The notes under the pieces are model-generated. The model worked only from the letters and a program-made list of their open reading frames with translations, ran no database searches and was not told the DNA's origin. Below, piece by piece: positions 1-8,765 of a stretch of DNA of 23,459 bases (positions within the stretch are counted from its first letter, which is position 1; each line of letters begins with the position of its first letter). The DNA comes from Candidatus Sulfobium sp. (GTDB lineage Bacteria > Nitrospirota > Thermodesulfovibrionia > Thermodesulfovibrionales > UBA6898). The position numbers were made by a program, and so were the translations under genes. The stretch is taken from NCBI GenBank assembly GCA_037380845.1, contig JARRRI010000044.1, positions 1 to 23,459 of the forward strand, written 5' to 3'.

Positions 1-1254
1 GTTCCCGGGATAAAAGAGGGAGATGAAGTTGAGGCCTTCTTTGTATCCGTGCAGGACGGCATCAGGAGGCTAACTACCCTGGTCAACGGATACTCGGCAG
101 TCACACTGAAGGGCATTAGCGACGCCTTTGAGGCCAGTGTGCCGGTCAACGGCGAGGTCAAGCGTGAGGTAAAAGGGGGCTTCGAGGTGTCGGTCGGAGG
201 CGTAAGGTGCTTCTGCCCTTTTTCACAGATTGATTTAAAGGGCGGCCGTGAAGGCGGTGTTTACCTGGGGCGGACTTTCCCTTTCAATATATTGGAACAC
301 GAAGAAAACGGCAAAAACATTGTAATTTCAAGGCGGGCCTGGCTGGAAAAGGAAAGGCAGGCCAGGATCGAGAAGCTCAGGGAGACCCTGACCGAAGGCC
401 AGGAAATTACGGTCTCGGTCAGCTCGATACAGAATTTCGGGGCCTTTGTCGATCTCGGGGGCATTGACGGTCTTATCCCCGCCAGCGAGATCTCTTGGGA
501 CAGGGGCGAGAGGCCGGGAGATGTTCTCACCATCGGGCAGAAGGTGACGGCGAAAATAATCTCGCTTGACTGGGAGAAGAACCGGCTGACCCTGAGCCTC
601 AAGGCCATGCAGCAGGACCCCTGGGCGGATGTTTCTGATAAGTATGTTCCCGACAGCAGGATAAACGGGACGATTGTCCGGCTGGCCCCCTTTGGTGCCT
701 TTGTGAGGCTGGCCCCAGGGGTCGAGGGGCTGGTCCATATTTCCAACCTCGGCGCCGGGCGACGCATCAACCATCCCAGGGAAGTTGTGGAAACCGGTCA
801 GGCCGTGGAAGTCTATGTGCTGTCCGTAGATGCCCGGAACAGGAAGATATCCCTCTCACTCCAGCCGAAACCCAAGCCCGAAAAAGTTGTCCTTCCGGAA
901 GAAGGCGAACTCGTTGAAGGCGTCGTGGAAAAAGTGATGCCCTTCGGGATCTTCATCAAGACCAGCAACGGAGTGAAAGGACTGATAGCCAATCCCGATT
1001 CCGGTACCCGCCCCGGGGCAGACCACAAAAGCATGTTCCCCGCCGGTTCCCCGGTCCGGGCGATCGTGACCGAGGTGGATACTGCAAACAACAGGATACG
1101 CGCAAGCCTCAAGGCAGTTTCGGAAAAGGAGGCCCGGCGCGAATACGACCAGTACGTCGATTCGGTTAAAGAGGCTGCCGGATCCAGCGGCGGACTGGGC
1201 AGTCTGGGTGATTTACTGAAGGCCAAGATGGAGGAAAAGAGGCTGCAGGGGTAA
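1..1254 (+). CDS. rpsA: 30S ribosomal protein S1 / multi-S1-domain RNA-binding protein (5'-truncated by window)
   Basis: Frame is open from base 1 (VPGIKEGDEVEAFFVSVQDG...). Repeated S1 motifs (FGAFVDLGGIDGLIPASEISW, FGAFVRLAPGVEGLVHISNL, FGIFIKTSNGVKGLI) and an S1-type tail GSLGDLLKAK. Could be a secondary S1 paralog. Confidence 0.8.
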   Translation, partial: VPGIKEGDEVEAFFVSVQDGIRRLTTLVNGYSAVTLKGISDAFEASVPVNGEVKREVKGGFEVSVGGVRCFCPFSQIDLKGGREGGVYLGRTFPFNILEHEENGKNIVISRRAWLEKERQARIEKLRETLTEGQEITVSVSSIQNFGAFVDLGGIDGLIPASEISWDRGERPGDVLTIGQKVTAKIISLDWEKNRLTLSLKAMQQDPWADVSDKYVPDSRINGTIVRLAPFGAFVRLAPGVEGLVHISNLGAGRRINHPREVVETGQAVEVYVLSVDARNRKISLSLQPKPKPEKVVLPEEGELVEGVVEKVMPFGIFIKTSNGVKGLIANPDSGTRPGADHKSMFPAGSPVRAIVTEVDTANNRIRASLKAVSEKEARREYDQYVDSVKEAAGSSGGLGSLGDLLKAKMEEKRLQG

Positions 1255-1262
1255 TTTAATTT

Positions 1263-1519
1263 AAGGCAGAAGTAAGAATGCAGAAGGCAGAAGTATTAAA
1301 AGATCCTGAAATAATCTTCTTGTTCTGCCCCTGCTTCCATTGCCTCCAACGTTTTTACATAAAACGAGTCTTTTTCAGACCGTAATTCCGGATTACTACC
1401 TCGGGAATGACAGCAAACCTTTGCACAGCCCGGGATGGATCTTTTCTGAGGTCTGAGGTTTTTGGTGTTTCCTCTTTTTGAGCTTTAACTTCTGCGTTCT
1501 TCATTCTGACTTCTGCCTT
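1263..1519. repeat. Inverted-repeat element with 7-nt periodic arms between the convergent rpsA and uvrB stops
   Basis: 1263-1294 AAGGCAGAAGTAAGAATGCAGAAGGCAGAAGT matches the reverse complement of 1488-1519 at 29/32. Confidence 0.85.
1385..1411 (+). repeat. REP-like palindrome copy 1 (ATTCCGGA-N8-TCGGGAATGAC)
   Basis: Imperfect hairpin; 1391-1411 GATTACTACCTCGGGAATGAC is 19/21 identical to 8769-8789. Confidence 0.6.
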
Positions 1520-1522
1520 TCT

Positions 1523-3517
1523 TTATGTCTTTACCCCGACTTCGAGCATCTTTTCCTTTATCTCCCTTATCCTGTCGCGTATTTCCGCGGCACGTTCAAA
1601 ATCGAGATTTTTGGCCGCCTCTTTCATCTCCTTTTCGAGCTGTTTCAGTGTCCGGTCGTCAAGCGCATACACTTCCTCCTGCTCGGCTGCGACCGGTACC
1701 GTCCAGTAGTCTGATTCGTATATCGAACCGGCGATATTCTTTATATTGCTTCTTATGGTCTCGGGCGTTATCTTCATCCTCTCGTTATAAGCTTCCTGGA
1801 TCTGACGCCGCCTGTTTGTCTCGTCCAGTGCCCTTTTCAGGGAGCCCGTTATGACGTCGGCATAGAATATCACCCGCCCGTTGACGTTCCGGGCAGCCCT
1901 CCCGGTGGTCTGTATAAGCGACCTTTCTGACCGGAGGAAGCCCTCCTTGTCCGCGTCAAGAATGGCGACCAGCGATACCTCCGGCAGGTCGAGCCCCTCT
2001 CTCAGGAGATTGACACCCACCAGGACGTCGAACTTGCCGAGCCGGAGGTCCCTGATGATTTCTATCCGTTCAATAGTGTCGATGTCGGAATGGAGATACC
2101 TGGCCCTCACGCCGAGTTCGCGGTAGTAGTCGGTCAGGTCCTCCGCCATCTTCTTGGTCAGGGTCGTGACCAGCACCCGCTCGCTACTTGCAACCGTCCG
2201 GCCGATCTCGGCGAGCAGGTCGTCCACCTGGCCCGAGACCGGCCGCACACAGGGGGCGGGATCGATCAGCCCGGTGGGACGTATGATCTGTTCGACTACC
2301 TTACCGCCCGACTTTTCAACTTCGTACTGTGCGGGAGTGGCGGATACGTATATGGCCTGGACAACGCGCTCCTCGAATTCACTGAACTTCAGGGGTCTGT
2401 TGTCGAGGGCGGAGGGGAGCCTGAAGCCGAAATTGACGAGCGTCTGTTTGCGTGACCTGTCCCCTTCGTACATTCCCCCGATCTGGGGGACCGTCGCGTG
2501 AGACTCGTCTATGATGACAAGAAAGTCTTCCGGAAAATAGTCTATCAGGGTATAAGGCGGTTCACCAGGCAGCCTGCCGCTCAAATGGCGTGAGTAATTT
2601 TCGATTCCGTGACAGTAATTGAATTCCTTCAGCATCTCCATATCGAATCTCGTTCTTTCCTCGATCCTCCTGGCCTCTATTATTTTCCCCTGCTTCAGAA
2701 AAGCCTCGATGCTCTCCTTCATCTCTTTTTCTATGCCCGCCATGGCGGCTTCCAGCCTGTCCCTGGGAGTTATCCAGTGGGTGTTCGGGAAGAGGTCCAC
2801 CTTTTCGAGTTTCCTGAGTCTGTCCCCCGTGAGGGGGTCTGTCTCCGAAAGCGCGTCTATGGTATCGCCGAAAAATTCGATCCTGAAGACCCTGTCCCGT
2901 GAAAAAGAAGGGTAGACCTCCACGATGTCCCCCCGGACCCTGAAGTTACCCCTTTTGAAATCGTAATCCGACCTGGTGTACTGTATGTCGACAAGACTCT
3001 TCAGGACATCGTCGCGTTCAGTCCTCATGCCTTCCCGGAGCGACAGATGCATGGCCATATAGTCCTCCGGAGAGCCTATACCGTAAATGCAGGAAACGGA
3101 AGCGACGACAACGACGTCCCGACGCTCAAGGACGGCACGCGTTGCCGAATGCCTCATCCTGTCTATATCGTCGTTGATCATCGCGTCTTTTTCTATATAG
3201 GTATCTGTGGTCGGTATGTAAGCCTCAGGCTGGTAGTAGTCGTAGTAACTGACGAAGAACTCCACGGCATTTTCCGGAAAGAGCTCCCTGAATTCTCCGT
3301 AAAGCTGTGCGGCCAGCGTCTTGTTATGCGCTATGATGAGGGTGGGGCGATCCAGGTTGGCGATTACGTTCGCCACGGTGAACGTCTTCCCCGAACCTGT
3401 GACACCGAGGAGGACCTGATGTTCGACGCCTCTCCTCGCATTCCGGGTCAGTTTTTCGACGGCCCGGGGCTGGTCGCCCCTGGGTGTAAAGTCAGTTGAA
3501 AGATGGAAACCGCTCAT
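1523..3517 (-). CDS. uvrB: Excinuclease ABC subunit B
   Basis: Walker [56 protein letters not shown] and C-terminal UVR domain ([11 protein letters not shown]). ATG at 3517 (MSGFHL) preferred over GTG at 3532. Confidence 0.97.
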   Translation of the reverse strand: MSGFHLSTDFTPRGDQPRAVEKLTRNARRGVEHQVLLGVTGSGKTFTVANVIANLDRPTLIIAHNKTLAAQLYGEFRELFPENAVEFFVSYYDYYQPEAYIPTTDTYIEKDAMINDDIDRMRHSATRAVLERRDVVVVASVSCIYGIGSPEDYMAMHLSLREGMRTERDDVLKSLVDIQYTRSDYDFKRGNFRVRGDIVEVYPSFSRDRVFRIEFFGDTIDALSETDPLTGDRLRKLEKVDLFPNTHWITPRDRLEAAMAGIEKEMKESIEAFLKQGKIIEARRIEERTRFDMEMLKEFNYCHGIENYSRHLSGRLPGEPPYTLIDYFPEDFLVIIDESHATVPQIGGMYEGDRSRKQTLVNFGFRLPSALDNRPLKFSEFEERVVQAIYVSATPAQYEVEKSGGKVVEQIIRPTGLIDPAPCVRPVSGQVDDLLAEIGRTVASSERVLVTTLTKKMAEDLTDYYRELGVRARYLHSDIDTIERIEIIRDLRLGKFDVLVGVNLLREGLDLPEVSLVAILDADKEGFLRSERSLIQTTGRAARNVNGRVIFYADVITGSLKRALDETNRRRQIQEAYNERMKITPETIRSNIKNIAGSIYESDYWTVPVAAEQEEVYALDDRTLKQLEKEMKEAAKNLDFERAAEIRDRIREIKEKMLEVGVKT

Positions 3518-3565
3518 CAGGATTTGCCACACGCCCTATCCGGCAAAGCCGGGAAGTAAAACTCT

Positions 3566-3656
3566 TTAGCCACAAAAGGCACAAAATACACATAACAGGA
3601 AAAAAGCTTTACCGGGATAAAAATATTTTTGCGCATTATGTGCCTTTTGTGGCTAA
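3566..3656. repeat. Inverted-repeat element with 9-nt periodic arms (CACAAAAGG type) between folD and uvrB
   Basis: TTAGCCACAAAAGGCACA (3566-3583) is the perfect 18-bp inverse of 3639-3656 and extends imperfectly to about 30 bp. Confidence 0.85.
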
Positions 3657-3663
3657 TCTTTTT

Positions 3664-4602
3664 CTATATCAGCAAAGGGTTTTTGAACAGCTCGTTTCTC
3701 TCCGCGGACCTTACGGTATTTTCAAGCAGCATTGAGATGGTGACAGGGCCGACCCCTCCCGGCACCGGCGTGATCATGGAAGCCTTTTTTGATACCTCTT
3801 TGAAATCCACATCTCCCGTGATCCTGCCGTCCTCGAGGACATTTATCCCGATGTCGACGACTATCGCCCCCTGCTTTACCATACCGGCCTTTATAAGCCC
3901 CGACCGTCCGGTCGCCGAACAGAGTATATCGGCCTGCCTGGTAAGCTTGCCGAGGTTCTGCGTTTCCCTGTGGCACACCGTCACTGTAGCTTCCTTTGCC
4001 AGGAACATGAGAGAGAGCGGTTTCCCTACGGCAAGGCTTTTACCGATGATGACCACGTGTTTGCCCTTCAGAGTTACGTTATGGTGTTCGAGAAGCCTTA
4101 CGACCCCGAAGGGCGTACACGGCAGGAAACTCCAGACGGAAGGCATGAACCTGAACTGCTGCAGCATGTCCTCCCGCCCCCGGCGGAACAACTGGAAAGT
4201 GGATTCGTCGGCCGCAAGCCTGCCGACCGATATTGCCCCCAGGCCGTCGATGTCTTTTTCAGGGGTTATTGAATTGACGATACGTCTTGCGTTAATCCGC
4301 AGGGGCAGCGGCATCAGTGTGAGCAGGCCGTGGATCCGTTCGTCCATGTTGATCGAATGGACGACATTCAGTATCTCGTTGGAACTGACCGTGTCGGGGA
4401 GTCTGAATTCATACGCCGTAACGCCGACATTCCGGCACGCCTTGAGGGTCGCCTGGAAATACTGGACCGAGGCCGGATTTTCTCCTACAAGCAGGAGGGC
4501 AAGGCCTACGTCGACACCGAGGCCGCTCAATGTTTCTACTTCCCTTTTAACATCGGATTTTATTTCGTCCGCAAGTTTCTTCCCGTCGAGAATGGCGCCC
4601 AT
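3664..4602 (-). CDS. folD: FolD-family methylenetetrahydrofolate dehydrogenase (atypical; cyclohydrolase residues absent)
   Basis: ILDGK, PEKDIDG, PCTP, VVDIGIN and ITPVPGGVGPVT motifs; GGAGG ribosome-binding site upstream of the ATG. Confidence 0.92.
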   Translation of the reverse strand: MGAILDGKKLADEIKSDVKREVETLSGLGVDVGLALLLVGENPASVQYFQATLKACRNVGVTAYEFRLPDTVSSNEILNVVHSINMDERIHGLLTLMPLPLRINARRIVNSITPEKDIDGLGAISVGRLAADESTFQLFRRGREDMLQQFRFMPSVWSFLPCTPFGVVRLLEHHNVTLKGKHVVIIGKSLAVGKPLSLMFLAKEATVTVCHRETQNLGKLTRQADILCSATGRSGLIKAGMVKQGAIVVDIGINVLEDGRITGDVDFKEVSKKASMITPVPGGVGPVTISMLLENTVRSAERNELFKNPLLI

Positions 4603-4644
4603 CGTTTCCTCCTTTTGCCAGCGAAGCCGGAATTGAAATATTTT

Positions 4645-4718
4645 TTACCGCAGAGACACAGAGGGCGCAGAGAGTCTGGATCAGCTACAACTCTGCGAAC
4701 TCTGCGTCGCAGCGGTAA
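4645..4718. repeat. Inverted-repeat element with CGCAGAG periodic arms
   Basis: 4645-4672 TTACCGCAGAGACACAGAGGGCGCAGAG matches the reverse complement of 4691-4718 at 23/28; 18-nt loop. Confidence 0.8.
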
Positions 4719-5442
4719 GACCCTGTGCGCCGGGCTTGCCGCAGCCGGTTCCGGTAATGAGAGAAATGAGTGTACGCGTATCGGAAAGATCGCCGAAAAC
4801 CGCGTCGGCGCCTGCAGCGGAAAGGGTCTCGACGGAATATGGCCCCGTAGCGACCCCGACCGCCAGCGCCCCGTAAGGCCTGGCGCAAAAGATGTCTCTG
4901 GGCGTGTCGCCGATTACGACGCAATCACTGTAGCTCACGCTGACGCCGCTTTCTCTATACAGCTTTGCCACGGCCAGGGGAAGCAATTCATTCCTGTCCT
5001 CAGAGTCGCTCCCGAAGGCGCCGCCCCTGAAATAGGAATAGAGCCCGTACCTTTCCAGCTTTATTCTGGCTCCTTCTTCGATATTCCCGGTAAGAAGACC
5101 GAGGACCAACCCCTCTTGCGAGGCAAGACCGCCCAGGACCTTTTCGATGCCGGGCTTGATATGACCGTCCGCATTATGCACGCAATCCTTAAGGAATCCC
5201 GTATAAGTCTCAAAAAAGGCCGGCATGGTGCCGTCGGAGAAGTCAATGCCGTGCAGGAGCAGGGCCTCCCTCACTATCTGGAGGTCGGTCTTGCCGGCCA
5301 TTTCTATGCCTCTGAATGCGTGATCAATACCGAACTTCTTCCTGAACGCCAGGTCGAGCGACCTCGACCCCGCACCGCCGGAGTCGATAAGAGTGCCGTC
5401 GATGTCAAAGAGTATAAATTTCACTATTTTTAAGATAGCCAT
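4681..5442 (-). CDS. HAD-superfamily hydrolase (phosphoglycolate phosphatase-like)
   Basis: Motif I FDIDGTL, motif II LLTGN, motif IV VIGDTPRD, and GVATG. True start may be GTG at 5424. Confidence 0.88.
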   Translation of the reverse strand: MAILKIVKFILFDIDGTLIDSGGAGSRSLDLAFRKKFGIDHAFRGIEMAGKTDLQIVREALLLHGIDFSDGTMPAFFETYTGFLKDCVHNADGHIKPGIEKVLGGLASQEGLVLGLLTGNIEEGARIKLERYGLYSYFRGGAFGSDSEDRNELLPLAVAKLYRESGVSVSYSDCVVIGDTPRDIFCARPYGALAVGVATGPYSVETLSAAGADAVFGDLSDTRTLISLITGTGCGKPGAQGLTAATQSSQSCS

Positions 5443-5523
5443 TGAAGGGACTTCAAGTCAACAAACATCATTTTTTTAGCGCTACGCGAGACGTCTAAGG
5501 CCTGATGACTTACAAAATGACCA

Positions 5524-5550
5524 TGGAAGGCCTGGAAGACCTGGAAGACC
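5524..5550. repeat. 9-nt tandem repeat (TGGAAGRCC x3)
   Basis: TGGAAGGCC TGGAAGACC TGGAAGACC read directly. Confidence 0.7.
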
Positions 5551-5643
5551 TTCTATCCGGAAAGACTGCCGTCCACACCCCGGGAGTGATTTTTTGAGGT
5601 TACCTCACTGATTTTTGAAGCATGCTTCCGAATTCGTGAGAAT

Positions 5644-5672
5644 AATATAACGACCCGGAATTTGATTGTCAA
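5644..5672 (-). promoter_or_regulatory. Putative sigma70 promoter for HAD-folD-uvrB
   Basis: Minus strand TTGACA (5672-5667), 17-nt spacer, TATATT (5649-5644), in an AT-rich divergent intergenic region. Confidence 0.55.
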
Positions 5673-5866
5673 ATTAAATATAGTCAATAATAGATAAGCT
5701 GAGATAAACAATGACAGGACTCCGAATCCTTTATTTTTCGACTGCAAAAGGAATATAATTTCCCTCAGGAGAGTCTGCGTTCTCTGTTTTTTCGGTGGAC
5801 GGGATTTATTGGGTGAGGCAGCGACCGGAAGATTCAAAGATTCCGGCCTTTCCGATGTAACAATAA

Positions 5867-6465
5867 ATGATCGACATACATTGCCACATATTGCCGTGCA
5901 TGGATGACGGCCCGGGTGACGCCGGGACAAGCATGATAATGGCGGAGATTGCGGCCGGTGACGGCATAACGCACATTGTCGCTACGCCCCATTTTACGTA
6001 TAACGAAAAGCCCTCGGCACGTGATATCGTCCAGGGTGTCATCGCCCTGGACGACAGGCTGAAGGGGGCGGGGCTGCCGCTGAGACTGCTGGCCGGAGCC
6101 GACGTCCGGCTGACGTACGAACTGGTTGAGGGCATGGAATGCCGGGACATTCCCACAATAAATAATTCGAGGTATTTCCTCCTGGAGCTCCCCGAGATTC
6201 TGCCCCCCAACCTGAAGAGGGTTTTTCCGCCATGAGCGTGACCGGAGAATTCGGAGAAGAGATAAGGCGCTTTTCACATATCCTTCTCAGGAAGGGCTAT
6301 GCGGATTTTATAGCCACGGACGCCCATGATCACCTGGCACGGCTGCCGTTGCTTTCCAGGGCGCGCGCGGAGATCTCCGGACTGCTGGACAGGAAGAAAA
6401 CGGAGAGTATATTCGACGAGAATCCTGAGGATGTGCTGGCAAACAGGGTAATAAGGAAGGCTTAG
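5867..6465 (+). pseudogene. CpsB/CapC/YwqE PHP-family tyrosine-protein phosphatase, internally deleted and frameshifted
   Basis: N-part (5867-6235) has MIDIHCHILP.MDDG and IVATPH; C-part in another frame (6232-6465) has AMSVTG.FG and FIATDAH. The HPER-containing middle segment is absent; junction near 6225-6229. Confidence 0.8.
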
Positions 6466-6475
6466 GGAGGACAGG

Positions 6476-6961
6476 ATGGTTAACTGGTACGCGATATATA
6501 CAAAGCCCGGCGCCGAAGACTCTGCGACCCGGCTCCTGACCAACGCCGGGATAGAGACTTTCAACCCCAAGATAAGGATCAGGAAATACGTCAGGAAAAA
6601 ATTTACGGAAGTGATAGAGCAGCTCTTTCCTTCTTACATTTTCGCTTCCTTCGACCCCGGCACCCATGGCCACATGATCAAATATACGCGGGGCGTGCGC
6701 TATGTGGTAGGCAAGGAATATCCGCTGGTCGTCCCGCCGGAGATGATAGAGGCTATCAGGGAGAGGATGGAAGACGGCGTGGTGAAGCCGGAGAGGGAGA
6801 AGTTCGAGACGGGCGACAGGGTCCTCATAAAGGAGGGGCCTTTCAAGGACTTTTACGGCATTTTCGAAAGGAACCTTTCAGGCCGGGAAAGGGTTGTGAT
6901 TCTTCTCGAAGCCCTGTTTTGCAGGGTCGAGATCGAACGGTTTTCGATAAAAAAGGATTAA
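6476..6961 (+). CDS. RfaH-like NusG-paralog transcription antiterminator
   Basis: NGN domain (WYAIYTKP, LFPSYIF, TRGV) plus KOW motif (GDRVLIKEGPF); GGAGG ribosome-binding site. Confidence 0.88.
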   Translation: MVNWYAIYTKPGAEDSATRLLTNAGIETFNPKIRIRKYVRKKFTEVIEQLFPSYIFASFDPGTHGHMIKYTRGVRYVVGKEYPLVVPPEMIEAIRERMEDGVVKPEREKFETGDRVLIKEGPFKDFYGIFERNLSGRERVVILLEALFCRVEIERFSIKKD

Positions 6962-6985
6962 AGCATGTCTTCGGGCTCTTTTGTG

Positions 6986-7014
6986 TTGACGTTTGGGTGC
7001 AGTTTGTTTATTAT
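6986..7014 (+). promoter_or_regulatory. Putative sigma70 promoter of the polysaccharide operon
   Basis: TTGACG (6986-6991), 17-nt spacer, TATTAT (7009-7014). Confidence 0.65.
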
Positions 7015-7083
7015 TATTCGTTCAGTGTATGAACGCTATGGTCATCATCATCTTTCGCCAGTCCTGCTATATGCCCGGGAAAC

Positions 7084-7097
7084 GGCGGTAGCCCGCC
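7084..7097 (+). promoter_or_regulatory. ops-like element (GGCGGTAG core)
   Basis: GGCGGTAGCCCGCC about 65 nt after the predicted start site and just downstream of the RfaH-like gene; contains the exact 8-nt ops core. Confidence 0.6.
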
Positions 7098-7146
7098 CAA
7101 AATCAGGCGCACGTCGGGAAAAGCGACTGACAGAGACTCTCTTTTA

Positions 7147-7283
7147 TTAACCGCAGACTCCCGCATACGCACACAGACAAAAGATCTTCTTTTTCTTTCG
7201 GCCGACCTGGCCCAAAAAATATGTTGTCGGTTTACTCTCGCTGTTTCTGTCTGTCCTGTCGTCTGTATTAAGTATGCGGTTAA
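7147..7283. repeat. Inverted-repeat element with ~10-nt periodic CGCAGAC/CACAGAC arms (copy 1)
   Basis: Left arm TTAACCGCAGACTCCCGCATACGCACACAGAC; right arm GTCTGTCCTGTCGTCTGTATTAAGTATGCGGTTAA; inner GCCGAC...GTCGGT stem. Confidence 0.7.
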
Positions 7284-7295
7284 AATTCTCGTTTG

Positions 7296-7631
7296 ATGGA
7301 CGAATCGCATTTCAGGACGCTTCGTGAACTTGCAAAAGACGGGACTCTTTCCCAGAGGGACCTGTCAAGGAAAATGGGGCTGAGCCTTGGAAGGATCAAC
7401 TACATCGTCAATTCCCTGCTTAAACAGGGGCACATAAAAGCGGAGCGTTTCAAGAACTCCAGAAACAAGAGAGCCTACATGTATATCCTGACCCCCAAGG
7501 GTATAAGCACAAAGGTCACACAGACTTACAACTTCCTCCAGAGAAAGCTGGATGAGTTCGAGAACCTGAAGAGGGAGATAGAAACGTTGCGCAAGGAAAA
7601 TGAAGAGACGTTAAGGGCCGGGGGAGATTGA
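7296..7631 (+). CDS. EPS-associated MarR-family winged-helix transcriptional regulator
   Basis: LSQRDLSRKMGLSLGRINY helix-turn-helix and the FKNSRNKRAYMYILTPKG signature of the MarR_EPS family. Confidence 0.9.
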   Translation: MDESHFRTLRELAKDGTLSQRDLSRKMGLSLGRINYIVNSLLKQGHIKAERFKNSRNKRAYMYILTPKGISTKVTQTYNFLQRKLDEFENLKREIETLRKENEETLRAGGD

Positions 7632-7654
7632 TGGTCGTTGGAAAGGCTGCTATC

Positions 7655-7686
7655 AACCGCGGACACTCGCAGACGGACACAGACAA
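7655..7686 (+). repeat. CGCAGAC-family arm (copy 2, essentially a half element)
   Basis: 27/32 identical to 7149-7180; 7656-7674 is 18/19 identical to the reverse complement of 10259-10277. Confidence 0.75.
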
Positions 7687-7724
7687 CCGTTTGCGGCTGA
7701 AACCGCTGCACTGATGGAGGTTGA

Positions 7725-8735
7725 ATGAGCAAAGTTCTGGTTACAGGCGCCGCGGGATTTATCGGGTTCCACCTGTCGAGAGTCCTCCTTGAACGGGGTG
7801 ATGAGGTAACGGGGATTGATAATCTCAACGAATATTACGATGTAAATCTCAAGGTCGACAGGATCAAACACTTTGCAATGGACAGGAACTTCAGACCGGT
7901 CAGGATGGACCTTGCGGACAGGGGGGGAATGGCAAGGCTTTTCGGCGAGGAGAAATTCGACGTGGTTGTTAACCTCGCAGCCCAGGCCGGGGTAAGATAT
8001 TCTCTGAAAGACCCTTATTCCTATATTGACAGCAATATCGGCGGTTTTCTGAACGTCCTCGAAGGCTGCAGGCATAGCGGGGTGAAGCATCTGGTGTTTG
8101 CTTCCTCAAGCTCCGTCTACGGGGCCAATACAAGGCTGCCTTTTTCCGTCCATCATAACGTCGACCATCCGGTCTCACTTTACGCCGCGACAAAAAAGGC
8201 CAATGAACTGATGGCCCACACCTATGCCAGCCTGTACGGCCTGCCCTGCACGGGCCTTCGTTTCTTCACTGTATATGGCCCCTGGGGACGCCCCGACATG
8301 GCCCTCTTCCTGTTCACGAAGGCGATCCTGGAGGACAGGCCGATCGATGTGTTCAATTATGGAAAGATGCAGAGGGATTTTACTTACATAGATGACATTG
8401 TAGAGGGGGTGGTGAGGGTGATGGAGAAGGTCCCGGCTCCCGATCCGCAGTGGAACGGGGACGATCCCGACACTGCAACCAGCTATGCGCCGTACAAACT
8501 TTACAATATCGGCAACAACAATGCCGTGGAACTGCTTGCGTTCATAGAGACCCTCGAATCCTGTCTCGGCAGGAAGGCCAGGAAGAACCTGCTGCCCATC
8601 CAGCCCGGCGATGTGCCCGCTACCTATGCAGATGTAAATGATCTTGTCAGGGATGTAGGTTTCAAGCCTTCCACCCCCCTGAAGGAGGGCATCGGGAAGT
8701 TCGTGGAGTGGTACAAGGATTATTATCGGGAGTAG
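7725..8735 (+). CDS. NAD-dependent epimerase, UDP-glucuronate 4-epimerase (CapI/LpsL-like)
   Basis: [33 protein letters not shown] and [14 protein letters not shown] motifs; GGAGG ribosome-binding site. Confidence 0.92.
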   Translation: MSKVLVTGAAGFIGFHLSRVLLERGDEVTGIDNLNEYYDVNLKVDRIKHFAMDRNFRPVRMDLADRGGMARLFGEEKFDVVVNLAAQAGVRYSLKDPYSYIDSNIGGFLNVLEGCRHSGVKHLVFASSSSVYGANTRLPFSVHHNVDHPVSLYAATKKANELMAHTYASLYGLPCTGLRFFTVYGPWGRPDMALFLFTKAILEDRPIDVFNYGKMQRDFTYIDDIVEGVVRVMEKVPAPDPQWNGDDPDTATSYAPYKLYNIGNNNAVELLAFIETLESCLGRKARKNLLPIQPGDVPATYADVNDLVRDVGFKPSTPLKEGIGKFVEWYKDYYRE

Positions 8736-8765
8736 CGTAAGCAGTAAGGGTGAGAGTCGCTTCGA

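Noticed and set aside
3629..5433. Long plus-strand ORFs of 335 aa (3629-4636) and 367 aa (4330-5433)
   Set aside because: Antisense shadows of folD and the HAD gene, with no recognisable motifs.
5443..5640. THF or ZTP riboswitch in the leader of HAD-folD
   Set aside because: No recognisable consensus on the minus strand by eye; an Rfam scan would be decisive.
6203..6235. Phase variation or programmed frameshift at the C6/T5 tracts in the phosphatase gene
   Set aside because: Restoring the frame would not restore the missing HPER segment; a deletion explains it better.
6965..7150. 61-aa ORF after the RfaH-like gene
   Set aside because: Overlaps the predicted promoter and ops leader, lacks a clear ribosome-binding site and shows no protein features.
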